A stretch of DNA of 64,000 nucleotides from an uncultured Phycisphaerales bacterium (GCA_963758525.1 CAVWVQ010000003.1:2560001-2624000), one strand, 5' to 3'. Positions 1-9,951 are shown, numbered from the stretch's first letter. Translations and numbers: made by a program. The notes: generated from the sequence alone by a model not told the origin.

Positions 1-91
1 GTTCGCCCCGCTCGACATTGAAGTCGAGTCCCTTAAAGAGGATACGGCTGCCAAGAGTCTTTTCGATCGCTTGTAAGGATGCGAGTGACAC
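1..91 (-). CDS. N-terminus of ABC ATP-binding protein (probably ABC-F type), continues off the window
   Basis: Minus-strand GTG at 91 reads VSLASLQAIEKTLGSRILFKGLDFNVERGE to the window edge, a typical ABC ATPase N-terminus before Walker A; not in the ORF track. Confidence 0.7.
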   Translation of the reverse strand, partial: MSLASLQAIEKTLGSRILFKGLDFNVERGE

Positions 92-1177
92 GCCAATAAA
101 GATACGGGAGTCACGCACAGACGCAACTGGCGCGACCCAATCAGATGCACGCGCCGCATCGCCGGCGGGTGCGCGCGTCATCCGAGTCAAATCCAGCGTG
201 AGAGAAAAGTCTTTTCTTTGCATCTGAGTCATTCAGTTCGGGATGCGACATCGCGCGACAGATTTTGCAGCGTCGCATGTCGCATCCGGATTCCAACTCA
301 TTGCCATGCCGCAGGATACGCTCCATCCTCGCGCGACACCGCGCGCAACAGTTGCGCGCCGTTTGCTGAAAACGGGGGTTCCCCGCACGCTGGCCGTGCC
401 ACGCAGCGGAGCGCGTGCAATGGTCGCCGCCCTCCAACCGCCGTAAGAGGACGGATAACACTTCCAAACCGCTGTGCAGCGCGGCGCAACAAGCAACACA
501 GCGATTGCGAGTTGTGAAAAGCCTCGAATTTCGTTCAAAAACCCGGCGCCCACGCCCACAGCATGATATGTCTTTCGCCCTTTTTTCAACGCCTTCCCGT
601 CGATCCGCCGGCCGCATCTCGCAATGCAAATGGAGTAATTACAATCACTTGCCACCAGCCCGCATCGGCGAGCCGCGCGTCGCAAAATGGCGCAGTGCGC
701 CGCGCTGCGCGAATTTTGGTCCGCATCGGACAGAGTCTGACGCTGTTTTGCGTGTCGCGTTTCATGACCTCGCTCAACTCGCGGCGTCGCGGGCTGCCGC
801 AAACACACCGGCCGTCCTTCGACGTCGCTCAGAACTGGTCCGCGCCGACTACTTGTCTGCCCGGCGGGTTCAGTGGGTTCATTCACGTCCGCAACGTACA
901 AAAATTCCGCCCCCCGTTGCGACGTTTACTGTGAGGCAGGCAGCTCAGTTGCCGCATCCTGATTCTTTAGCTCGCTCGCTCGCCATCCAGGCTCTCCGCG
1001 CCGGAACCGCTGAAGGGAGCGAGCTACGATATATCGACGATCATTGATATGGCACGTTTTGGCACGATTTGGCACTGTTTTGGGGTTCATTCGTGACATA
1101 TTCATTTCCACTCGCATCCAGCGCCAGCTTTGCCACCGGCAGCCCGCCGAAAAAAGTATGTCTGCGATGGGAGCACT

Positions 1178-1210
1178 CAGAAGCCGGAAGCCAGAAGCAA
1201 GAAGCCAGAA
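1178..1210. repeat. Short tandem heptamer repeat (CAGAAGC-like)
   Basis: cagaagccggaagccagaagcaagaagccagaa. Confidence 0.6.
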
Positions 1211-1661
1211 ATCAGTGTCCCAAAGTCAGGAGAGAATCGGGTGGAAAAGCAGGAGTCTGTGAATTAGCGGAACATGCCTTCGCGCAGCGCCGTCAGCCTC
1301 GCAACACGCCAAACCCCGGGGAACATCAGCCTTGCGCCAGCACGAAGCCGGGCGACTTGCGGTGAGTTTGTCGGACGGTGTCGCCGGACTCAGAGACGCT
1401 TCCGTCTCCGCCGATGCCGTCGAATTCACGCCGCGCTGTTCGCCGTGGCCGCTGGCGGCCGCTTTGCGTCGTCGCGGATCGTGAGCCAGCCGTTTGCCAC
1501 CGCTCCCCGGATACCACAAATCGCCGGCCGGATGCGCCTGCGTTTCCACTCCGAACCTGCGGGCGGTGGCCGAAAATTGCAGACAAGCAACAAACAAAAA
1601 CGACGGGTGTCACCTTGACAGCTTCCTCACTTGACAGCTTCCCAAAGATAAATACCGCAGA

Positions 1662-1871
1662 TTGATGAAAACGCGGTTCGATACCAAGGCGTATCGAAAC
1701 CGGCCGCAGATTGAATCGGTCTTTTCGATGCTGAAGCGGAACCTGGGATCCGCGTTGCGTGCCCGGAGCCATTGGGGGCGCTGCCGCGATCTGTTTCTGA
1801 GAGTGCTGACCCACAACATCGCTCTCGCGTTACTCGGGGTTTTCTACAGAGCCGGGTCATTCGGTCATTAG
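1662..1871 (+). pseudogene. C-terminal remnant of DDE transposase (IS5-like) with putative right terminal repeat
   Basis: YRNRPQIESVFSMLKRNLGSALRARS..LRVLTHN is the Y-(2)-R-(3)-E-(6)-K C-terminal signature; ends in GGTTTTCTACAGAGC (1838-1852), which resembles an IS end; N-terminal part absent. Confidence 0.75.
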
Positions 1872-2025
1872 CCGATCTGGCTTTTGGCTTATGACCCGCT
1901 TACTTCTCTCCCCGCTTACTTCTCTCGCGTTGAAGAAGTCGCTGCTGCATCAGGCGTTCAGCGGGCACCTGACGGGCGTGGTTTTTGATTGACCGGTGTA
2001 AAGGATTGTTCGATAATCGCAAGCT

Positions 2026-2349
2026 GTGAAAACGACGCTGGACTTGCCTGAGGAATTGGTGCGACAGCTTGAATCGCGCGCTGCCGCAGGTGGGAATACG
2101 CCCGAGGAAGTGGCCGCGGGCTTGCTTAGGGTCGGTCTATCCGTCTCCGCTGGGGGGGCGTTGACCACCGCCGCGTTGGTCCCGAAACACTTGCCGCGGA
2201 TCATGGCCCGGCCCGCCGTGCCAGCGAACGTGAGGCAGATGTCGGGGCAGGAGTCGTCCGACTGGATTAAGGACCTGGAGCAGCAGCACGAGATCGAGCG
2301 ATATGAGAAGGCTCTTGGACACCAACACGTGGATCGCGCTGACGGTTGA
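2026..2349 (+). CDS. VapB-like ribbon-helix-helix antitoxin
   Basis: MKTTLDLPEELVRQLESRAA N-terminus typical of RHH antitoxins; overlaps a PIN-like start. Confidence 0.7.
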   Translation: MKTTLDLPEELVRQLESRAAAGGNTPEEVAAGLLRVGLSVSAGGALTTAALVPKHLPRIMARPAVPANVRQMSGQESSDWIKDLEQQHEIERYEKALGHQHVDRADG

Positions 2350-2421
2350 AACCCACGCGCAGCACGCTGCCGCCCGTCGCTGGTATGACCACGAGCCGCT
2401 CACCGCGGGGGATCTGAGCAC
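2303..2421 (+). pseudogene. Truncated VapC/PIN toxin (first ~39 aa only)
   Basis: MRRLLDTNTWIALTVETHAQHAAARRW matches the PIN-domain N-terminus (LLDTN..IAL...H..H..AR.W), then similarity stops. Confidence 0.7.
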
Positions 2422-2422
2422 G

Positions 2423-2615
2423 ATGGATATATTGAACGCCAAAGACCCCGATGTGCGTTCGTCGCTTGCTGCGCTGCGGCGTGCAGCAGCGCTCGCGCAA
2501 GGAGGCGATTGCGACCAATACCGACATTGTCGTCGTCAAGGACGGGCGATTACTGGTGATCGAAGCCACGACGCTCCGACAACAGGCCCAGACCGGAAAC
2601 GTGCCAACACCATGA
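2423..2615 (+). CDS. Small hypothetical protein (one frameshift near 2497)
   Basis: MDILNAKDPDVRSSLAALRRAAALA joined to KEAIATNTDIVVVKDGRLLVIEATTLRQQAQTGNVPTP*; stop overlaps the next ATG (ATGA). Confidence 0.5.
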
Positions 2616-2707
2616 CCGAATCCGGCCAGAAACAACTCGGCAAGTCTCTTTGGAACAGCGCCGACACGCTGCCCGGGGCGATGAATGCGAGCCTCCGCAG
2701 AAACTGA
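2612..2707 (+). pseudogene. N-terminal stub of type I R-M methyltransferase (HsdM)
   Basis: MTESGQKQLGKSLWNSADTLPGAMNA resembles the HsdM N-terminus (QLGxxLWxxADxLRGAMNA); stops after 31 aa. Confidence 0.6.
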
Positions 2708-2803
2708 GACGAATGCTTGCCAAGTTTGAGTCTCCCACAGACTTTTCCGAAGACGCCACGGCGCTCGGATTGCGACAAGCCGAATTTGTCGACAGGCCTT
2801 TGA

Positions 2804-3124
2804 CTACGTTAGAACTTCAAATCCGACAGCGTCAGAGATCCTCAAAACAGTGTCAATCGTTGGGTTTGGCGAGTCCTCGTTCTCCAGCCTCGACAAGTTC
2901 GCTTTTCCGATGCCACTGCGTTTGCTCACCTGTTCCAGCGTCAACCGCTTGGCGATTCTGGCTGCTTTCAGGCGAGCTATCGTCTTTTTGATCCTCTCAT
3001 GCCTTGCAAAAGCCGCTTTCCCCTTGGCAATGATCTGATCCTTTTCCTCGTGGTCGATCTTCTTGCGGAGCTCACGAATCTCCGCGAGCTTCCCCGCCGC
3101 GATTTTTGTACGTATCCCTGCCAT
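2804..3124 (-). CDS. XRE-family HTH protein (antitoxin-like)
   Basis: LKAARIAKRLTLEQVSKRSGIGKANLSRLEN..PNPTIDTVLRISDAVG HTH_3 pattern; likely start MAGIRTK at 3124. Confidence 0.85.
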   Translation of the reverse strand: MAGIRTKIAAGKLAEIRELRKKIDHEEKDQIIAKGKAAFARHERIKKTIARLKAARIAKRLTLEQVSKRSGIGKANLSRLENEDSPNPTIDTVLRISDAVGFEVLT

Positions 3125-3211
3125 ATCGGCGTCCCAGTAGACATCAAGCCACTGCATGTTTTCATATTATACAACATCGGGGCTGATGTTATCAAATCCT
3201 CCGCTCCTGTC

Positions 3212-3271
3212 GTAGGGCAGGACTGATCCCCCCGCATTGACCTCAGGAAGGCGGGATGAATCCCGCCCTAC
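3212..3271. repeat. GTAG-family REP doublet (REPIN-like), left copy degenerate
   Basis: gtagggcaggactgatccc...ggcgggatgaatcccgccctac; same family at 19810 and 37835. Confidence 0.75.
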
Positions 3272-3289
3272 ATTGCGGGGAGCGTCTCA

Positions 3290-3871
3290 TCACAACGCCG
3301 GCTCTTCCAGCGGCACCGGGCAGATGTCTTTCCGTTTGCATGACCGGCACTGATGGCCTTCCCACAGCATGTTGAACTGTTCGAGCACGCCGTCGATCAG
3401 GCCTGGGGCGTCGGTCCAGATCCCCATCTCAAAATTTCGGCGGCCGTCGGCCTTGGCTCCCAAGCCGGCGCCGGTGAGGTTGGCCGAGCCGAGATACATT
3501 TTGGCCGAATCGATGATGACGGTCTTGGAGTGCAGCCGAGGGCAGCGGCGGATGGTGAGATTTGCCGGGAGCTGGGCGCGCAGCTCGCGCAGGGCTGCGG
3601 AGCTGGGCGTGCCGGCGTGGAGCAACCGGATTTCCACTCCCCTGGCCGCGAGGCGTCGGAAGACTTCCACGATCGAGCGCGCCCGGCGGGATCCCACTTG
3701 GGGGATGAGCATCGCCTTGAAGTCGGCGGTCATGATGTCGACGCTGGTGCGCGCGGAAAGGATGCCTTGGCGCACGATGCGAAGAAAATGATCGCGGTCG
3801 ATGACCAGCTCCGAATGGCCGGCCGAGGCGGCCCGAGGCGGAGATGTCAGAATCGAGAGCCCGCGTCCCAC
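3290..3871 (-). CDS. Phospholipase D-like domain protein (single HKD)
   Basis: HSKTVIID (HxKxxxxD), GSANLT, RRNFEMG; C-terminal CRSCKRKDIC. Confidence 0.85.
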   Translation of the reverse strand: MGRGLSILTSPPRAASAGHSELVIDRDHFLRIVRQGILSARTSVDIMTADFKAMLIPQVGSRRARSIVEVFRRLAARGVEIRLLHAGTPSSAALRELRAQLPANLTIRRCPRLHSKTVIIDSAKMYLGSANLTGAGLGAKADGRRNFEMGIWTDAPGLIDGVLEQFNMLWEGHQCRSCKRKDICPVPLEEPAL

Positions 3872-4035
3872 AATGCAAGATCGACCAGCCAGACGCCCGC
3901 CCGTGACACATTTTCTCGGACCTCAGCACGCTCTGAAACTTGGCGTATATTACACGGCCGGGCGCGGCGTCTGCGAGCGTCAGGTTCCGTCAGCTCTATG
4001 CAGAATGCGATCCTGCGGTCGCACGCACCGGCGTT

Positions 4036-5783
4036 ATGAAGGATCTCACACTAAGTCGAGGGACGAGCGCCGAGCAGTTTTTGGCTGATCCCGAGTGCTG
4101 CGCCAATGGGCGGACCTTTGCCGGCGATGTTCGTGGTCGACGAGCTATCAGTCGCCGGCGTTTGCGGGCGCCTGGTATCGCGTTTATGCCGAAAGGTTCG
4201 AGCCCGTCATCGTGACCGCCCGCAGCGAGACAGCCGAACTGTGCGGAATTCTCTGCCTTGCCGTCTCACGCGACGATGGAACATTGGTGTTCGCGGGGGC
4301 GCATCAGTCGGAATACCAGAGTTGGGCAAGCAGTCCGGAATGTGACAGCGAGTTTCCCCTGGCCGCCGTGCAGAGGGTGCGCGGCGAATTTCCGGACAAG
4401 CCGCTGAAGTTTCAATATCTGCCGCCGGGAGCTCCGCTGGATTGGCTCGGCGATACCCGGCTTCGATCACGCTTCGTTCTCATCAAAAAAGTCCGGCCGT
4501 TGCTGCGCTTTGCGCAGATGAGCGCCGATTCGTTGAACAAGGCTAACAACAAGAAGCGGTTGAAAGGCCTCAAGAAACTGGGCGAGATCGAGTTTCGCCG
4601 GCTGACTTCCGCGGACGAATTGGAGGCGGTTTTCGACGATTTTGCGGATTTCTGCAATCTGCGGCTCGGCGCGATGCATGACATGGAGCCGTTCGCCGAT
4701 GATCCGCTGAAAAGATTGTTTCATCTCGAGATGATGCGCCAGCCCGGCCTGGTCCATGCGACGATTCTGAGGGCGGGCAATCTGCTGGCCTCGGCGCATT
4801 TCAACATGCGCGACCGGAAGCAGCTTCATCTGAATCTCATCGCCCACAACCCCATCCTGGCGAAGCATTCGCCGGGGAAATTTCACGTTCACATGCTCTC
4901 GCAGATGCTGATTGCCGAGGGATACGAGGAGCTCGATCTGACTCCCGGCGGCGACCCCTACAAGGAGCGTTTCGCCAACGCACATGACAGCGTTTCCGTG
5001 TTGCACTTCCCCGCGACGAAAGTGTCGCGGGTGAAACTGATGCTTCAGGCGCGCGGCGAATCGTGGGCGCGCAGTGGATTGAGTGCCGTCGGCGTTCATC
5101 CGGCCAGGGCCCGCCGACTCGTGGGAGTGGCGCGCGATTCTTCCCTCAAAGATGTCGTGGCGCCCCTCGCGCGTCTGGGGGATTGTGTTCACTCGACTCG
5201 TGAGACAAAACTCTACGTCAGGCAGATCGCGGAACCGATCGCGGCATCGGGAGACGGGAGGCTGTTCCGCCGCGATGTGATCAATGATCTTTTGAACTAT
5301 CGCGTTCCACCGGGCGGACTGCCGCGGAAGCGGTTTCTGTTTGAGGCAATGGATCGGCTTGAGGAAGGGCAGCACCTTTACAGTTGCGTCCGCGAAGGGG
5401 GGCTGATTTACCTCGGCTGGGTGATCGAGCGGCCCAGCGAAGTCTTCGTGTCGCGCGTGCTTCCCGGCCTGACGCTGCCGGCGGACAGCGCATTGATTCT
5501 GGATCTGCGCGCTTGCGTGCCCGCCGACGGCGCGGAGCTCGGCCCGGCTTGCCTCTCGGCGATGCTCGCGGATCTATCCCACGCAAACGGAATCCAACGC
5601 GCGGTCATGGCCGTCTCCGCCAACCCGGGCCAGACTCAATGGCTCGAGGCCGCGGGCTTCTCGTGGGAGCGATCGTTATTCGTCAAAAACTCGTTCGGCC
5701 GCACGAGGCATTGGACCTGGCAGGCGTCGCCATCGGTGGCGACCGCGAAAGTTCAAATGCTTCCGGTATCCGCCAACCATTGA
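4036..5783 (+). CDS. GNAT-family acetyltransferase, CelD/BcsL-like (frameshift near 4093)
   Basis: MKDLTLSRGTSAEQFLADPE joins LRQWADL..STSYQSPAFAGAW; HSPGKFH..LDLTPGGDPYKERFA are GNAT-6 motifs; second GNAT-like C-terminal region. Confidence 0.75.
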
Positions 5784-5821
5784 CTGAGAGCAAGCGTCGG
5801 CTTTCGAAAACGCGAGCAGGT

Positions 5822-6922
5822 TTACTTGACGTCCGTCCACAGCTTGTCTTCGACCTGCTTGAAATTTGAGAAGCTCGCATTCAATTGGGTCATGAGCTTC
5901 TGCACCGTCGCCGGATCGGCGTTTTTATCGTGCAATGAGTCGCGCAGGGCCGTGGCGGCATCGTTGAGGCTCGCGGCGCCGTCGGCAAATTGCCTGACGG
6001 AATCGTAGAGATTCAGATTGCCCATCTCGTCGGGGGTCGGCTTGTAAAGCAGTCGCCAGGGGCTCTGGCGGATTTCGACGCTGGCGCCTTTGAGATTATC
6101 GCTGGTGGTCTTGAGGGATGTGACGATGCCGTCGATCCTGCCGCGATTGGTGACCAGCAGGGAGCGGGCGCCGGCGGTGATGTCCTTCGCATTTGCCAGA
6201 GTGATCGTCAGATCGGAGAGCGCGGACTGCGCGTGATCGATGGTGAGTTGAACGTCGTGCAGGTCAATCCGCAGGTCGTCGAGAATGCCGGGGAGCTTGT
6301 CCCGGATGCCGTCCATGCTGTTGTGCAGGCTCGCCAGGGTTCCGCGAATATCGGATTTTGAGTCACCCAAAACATCGCGAATCTCGGTCATGGCCTGGCT
6401 GGTGTCCTTGACGGCGTCGTTGAGCCGGGGAACGGTGGTCGTCTTGAGGTCGTGCACGATGGTCGCCGCCTCCGGAGCGGCGCCGCGGAGCACTCCCAGG
6501 ACGCTGGTGAGCGTGCTGGGTTGTCCCTGGATTTCGGTCACTTCCGCTCCGCTTCCGAGCCGCTCGATGTTGAGATTGGGGACGCCGGTGAGGCTGCTGT
6601 CGACCATCACGGCCGAATCGGTGTGCAGCTTGTAGCGGGCGGGCATCGAAAAGCTGACGACGATGCGCGGCTCGCCGTCAGGCGTTTTGTCAGTGACGAC
6701 ATGAATGTCTTTCACGACGCCGACTTTGTAGCCGCCCAGACGCAGGTCGTCCCCTTTTCCCAGTCCGCTGAGATTGTCGCCGAGTCGGAAAATGACCTGG
6801 CGGTCTTCATTGGGCTCGACGGTGCGCAATGTTCCCTTGACGCTGATGATAATAAAACCCGCCGCCGCGATGCTCACGACGATGAACAGTCCGGCCTTGA
6901 GGGCGTTCTTTTCGTTGCTCAT
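5822..6922 (-). CDS. mlaD: MlaD/MCE family protein with long helical C-terminal region
   Basis: N-terminal TM, SGLGKGDDLRLGGYKVGVVKDI MCE motif, helical repeats, IRQSPWRLL; downstream of mlaEF. Confidence 0.85.
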   Translation of the reverse strand: MSNEKNALKAGLFIVVSIAAAGFIIISVKGTLRTVEPNEDRQVIFRLGDNLSGLGKGDDLRLGGYKVGVVKDIHVVTDKTPDGEPRIVVSFSMPARYKLHTDSAVMVDSSLTGVPNLNIERLGSGAEVTEIQGQPSTLTSVLGVLRGAAPEAATIVHDLKTTTVPRLNDAVKDTSQAMTEIRDVLGDSKSDIRGTLASLHNSMDGIRDKLPGILDDLRIDLHDVQLTIDHAQSALSDLTITLANAKDITAGARSLLVTNRGRIDGIVTSLKTTSDNLKGASVEIRQSPWRLLYKPTPDEMGNLNLYDSVRQFADGAASLNDAATALRDSLHDKNADPATVQKLMTQLNASFSNFKQVEDKLWTDVK

Positions 6923-6964
6923 ATGAGAACCTCACGACGCAAGCGGTCGTCTGCACACGATCTA

Positions 6965-7762
6965 TCAGTCACCGAGAAGATCAACCACATATCCCCCCGC
7001 GCGGCGGCGATCCGTGAGCGGCCCCTCGGCCAGGCCATGCACGAACTGATGCACCAGCGGATCGGCCGAGTCGCGCATCTCCGTCGCGGTTCCGGCCGCG
7101 ACAAACTTCCCGCGATCCAGCAGCACCATCCGGTTGGCGATGCGAAACGCGCTGTCCATCTCGTGCGTGACAACGACGCTGGTGACGCCAAGTTTGCGGT
7201 TCAGATCGATGATGAGCTGATCGATCTCGGCGCTGGTCACCGGATCGAGGCCGGCCGAGGGCTCATCGTAAAAGAGAATCCGCGGATCCAGCGCGATCGC
7301 CCGTGCCAGTCCTGCGCGCTTCTTCATTCCGCCCGAAAGCATTGCGGGCATCTTGTCGGCATGTTCGCGCAATCCGACCAGCTCGAGCTTGATCTTGACC
7401 ATGATCTCAATCGTCTCTTCGGGAAGATCGGTATGTTCGCGCAGCGGCAGCGCGACATTGTCCGCAACGCTCATCGAATTAAAGAGCGCGCCGCTCTGGA
7501 AAAGGACACCGATGGATTTGCGATACTCATCGATCTCCGCCTCGGACATGGCGGCCAGGCTTTTGGTCTGATGCACGAGAATATCACCGCTGTCACAGCG
7601 GAGATTCCCGATCATCAGCCGCAGCAGCGTTGATTTGCCGGAGCCCGAGCCGCCGAGAATGACCAGCGTTTCCCCCTCGATGACGTCGAGACGGATTGCG
7701 TCGAGCACGACGCGCCCGTCGAATTTCTTGGAGACGTCCTGCACTTCGATGGCGTTGGGCAT
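6965..7762 (-). CDS. mlaF: MlaF-type ABC ATP-binding protein
   Basis: GGSGSGKS, LFQSGALF, LSGGMKKRAGLARAIALDP, YDEPSAGLDP. Confidence 0.92.
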   Translation of the reverse strand: MPNAIEVQDVSKKFDGRVVLDAIRLDVIEGETLVILGGSGSGKSTLLRLMIGNLRCDSGDILVHQTKSLAAMSEAEIDEYRKSIGVLFQSGALFNSMSVADNVALPLREHTDLPEETIEIMVKIKLELVGLREHADKMPAMLSGGMKKRAGLARAIALDPRILFYDEPSAGLDPVTSAEIDQLIIDLNRKLGVTSVVVTHEMDSAFRIANRMVLLDRGKFVAAGTATEMRDSADPLVHQFVHGLAEGPLTDRRRAGGYVVDLLGD

Positions 7763-7765
7763 GAT

Positions 7766-8578
7766 CTACCAGCCGAAGTAGTAGAAGGTGGTTGTGAAGA
7801 GCAGATCGACGGTGATCAGCGCGACGATGGTGAGCACGACGGTGCGCGTTGTCGCGATGCCCACGCCCTGCGCGCCGCCGGTAACGCCCAGGCCCAGATA
7901 GCAAGCCAGGCCGCTGATGAGCGTTCCGAATACGCCGGATTTGATCAGACCGGTGATGAAGTCGCGGACATGGATCGCGTCGAAGGTGTGAATCACATAT
8001 TGGTGTCCGCCGATGCCGAGCACGAGGGTTCCGACCGCGAATCCCCCGGCAATTCCCGTCAGGTCGCCGATCACCGCGACGCAGACCATCATCAATGTTG
8101 TGGCGATCATGCGCGGGACGACGAGGAAGCGGATGGGGTTGATCGCCTGGGCTTCAAGGGCTTCGATCTCTTCGGATTCGACCATCGTTCCGATTTCCGC
8201 GGCGATGCTCGCGCCCGCGAAGCCTGTCAGCACGATCGCGCTGACCAGCGGACCCAACTCGCGAAAGGTGGCGATGGAGATCACATTGGCGACTTCGGTG
8301 AGCGCGCCGTAGTTTTTGAGAATGGGCCCCATCTGCAGCGCCAGGATGGCTCCGATGCAAAAGAGGACGAGGATGACGATCGGCACGCTGCGGACGCCGA
8401 CGCGAACCATCTGCGCCCAGAGATTTTCCCACCCGAGCCGCCTGCCGCGCTTTGCCAGCAGGCTTCGCGGCGCCGCCACGGCAGCGTCGCGCAGGAGATA
8501 TCCCATGCCCCCGAGAAATTCGAGCAGAGCCAGCGCGCGTGCACCCAGAGCGCCGATGGGTCGGAGGATCACGTTCAC
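7766..8578 (-). CDS. mlaE: MlaE-type ABC permease
   Basis: RELGPLVSAIVLTG..GASIAAEIGTM..SEEIEALE...PIRFLVVPR; GGAQGVGIATT. Confidence 0.92.
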   Translation of the reverse strand: MNVILRPIGALGARALALLEFLGGMGYLLRDAAVAAPRSLLAKRGRRLGWENLWAQMVRVGVRSVPIVILVLFCIGAILALQMGPILKNYGALTEVANVISIATFRELGPLVSAIVLTGFAGASIAAEIGTMVESEEIEALEAQAINPIRFLVVPRMIATTLMMVCVAVIGDLTGIAGGFAVGTLVLGIGGHQYVIHTFDAIHVRDFITGLIKSGVFGTLISGLACYLGLGVTGGAQGVGIATTRTVVLTIVALITVDLLFTTTFYYFGW

Positions 8579-8934
8579 GGCAGCAAGGCCTCCGCCTCAT
8601 CCTTGGTGATGGCGAAGATCGTGCCGAGGCGGGCAATTTCCAGAAGCCCCTGAACGCGCGGCTGCAGATTGGTGAGGCAGACCTTTCCCCCAAGCTTGCG
8701 CATCTTCTGCAGAGCCTCGACGAGCACTGCGATCGCGCTGCTGTCCATGTATGGAACCGCGGTGAGATTCAGGATGAGCTTCTTAGGGGAATTCTGCTGC
8801 ATCAAAATCAGAATCGCATGGCGCAATTCCGGACTGTTGTGCAAGTCGATCTCGCCGTGGATGGATGCAATGAGGCTGTCGCCATCCTTGCGGGCCGTCG
8901 GCACCAGGTCGGTATCGGTTTTCAGCGTGATCAT
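8575..8934 (-). CDS. STAS domain protein (anti-sigma antagonist / MlaB-like)
   Basis: GEIDLHNSPELR, LILNLTAVPYMDSSAIAVL, LLEIARL. Confidence 0.9.
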   Translation of the reverse strand: MITLKTDTDLVPTARKDGDSLIASIHGEIDLHNSPELRHAILILMQQNSPKKLILNLTAVPYMDSSAIAVLVEALQKMRKLGGKVCLTNLQPRVQGLLEIARLGTIFAITKDEAEALLP

Positions 8935-9377
8935 GGCGCCTTCCCATGGGTCAACGTTCGTTTCATCGTCAGCAGCATCCCGTCCGGCATTTTCGTGAAC
9001 GTGAACCCGTCGAGCAACTTCTTGAAGCAGACGATTCCGACACCGCCGGGCGTGAGCGGGTCGTGCCGCGGTTCTGTCGGGGGCTGCTGGCCGGAGCCCC
9101 AGTCGCGCACGGTCAGGAGCAGGTGCGAGCCGTCAAAATCAGCTTTCACCTCAACCGGCTGATCCATCGCGCCGCTGTAGGCGTGCCGGGTGACGTTCGC
9201 CATCGCCTCGTTCACGCACAATCCGATGTCATCGACCGCCGCCTTGTCAAATCCGTGCGCGGCGCAAAACGTCTCGATCGAATGCCGCACCGGCGCAAGA
9301 TAGGCCGTGTCGCTGAGAACGCGCAGAAAAAGCGTTCGATTCGCGGGAGACACCGCAGATGCTTCCATCTGATTCAC
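8931..9377 (-). CDS. RsbW-like anti-sigma factor Ser kinase (HATPase_c-like)
   Basis: VNEAMANVTRHAY (N box), VRDWGSG (G1), PGGVGI (G2); start uncertain (9377 or 9368). Confidence 0.85.
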   Translation of the reverse strand: MNQMEASAVSPANRTLFLRVLSDTAYLAPVRHSIETFCAAHGFDKAAVDDIGLCVNEAMANVTRHAYSGAMDQPVEVKADFDGSHLLLTVRDWGSGQQPPTEPRHDPLTPGGVGIVCFKKLLDGFTFTKMPDGMLLTMKRTLTHGKAP

Positions 9378-9382
9378 GCCAA

Positions 9383-9712
9383 TCACTTCCTGCCCTGTTG
9401 GCTGAGCCACTGTTTCCATCGCAGCGTCTCAGCGGCGCGATCGTCGTCTGAATCATAGTATCGGTACCCCAGGGTTTGCCCGGTCAGTCCATGAAGCCCG
9501 CGGATCGCGTAAAAGCGAACCGCCGGATCGTCGCTTTCCAACTCGCTGATCAGCTCCGGAATGACCGAGCGATCATGGTTTCGAACAGCGTCCTCAATGG
9601 CGGGAACTTTCGCTTCCAGGTCGGGATTGCTGACCGTACGCGGGCCGTGCCCTCCGCATCCCAGCAGCAGAGTCAGCGTCCCGCCGCCAATCATCCAAAC
9701 CACATGGCGCAT
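9383..9712 (-). CDS. HEAT-repeat lipoprotein
   Basis: Lipobox LLLGC; IPELISELESDDPAVRFYAIRGLHGLTG. Confidence 0.75.
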   Translation of the reverse strand: MRHVVWMIGGGTLTLLLGCGGHGPRTVSNPDLEAKVPAIEDAVRNHDRSVIPELISELESDDPAVRFYAIRGLHGLTGQTLGYRYYDSDDDRAAETLRWKQWLSQQGRK

Positions 9713-9951
9713 CGCCTTGACGTGCCAGATCCCTGGCGTCCTTACCCTTGACGGTATCGACCTGTATCGCGGACGGCGTGCATTAAATCAGCAATCGCGA
9801 ACCGCGCCAACTTGCAGCCCTGTGGCGAGCCAAACCCTGGCTCTCGAACCCATGGGTGCGTGACGCTAACCTTTGAGTCATCGTCCAATAAAGAATAATG
9901 TGATGCCAAAGTGTCGGTCGATAGGCGACCAGAGGACCTTGCAGAGGAACT

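Noticed and set aside
2303..2707. 134-aa ORF as one real protein
   Set aside because: It is a chimera of a PIN N-terminus, a frameshifted small gene and an HsdM start
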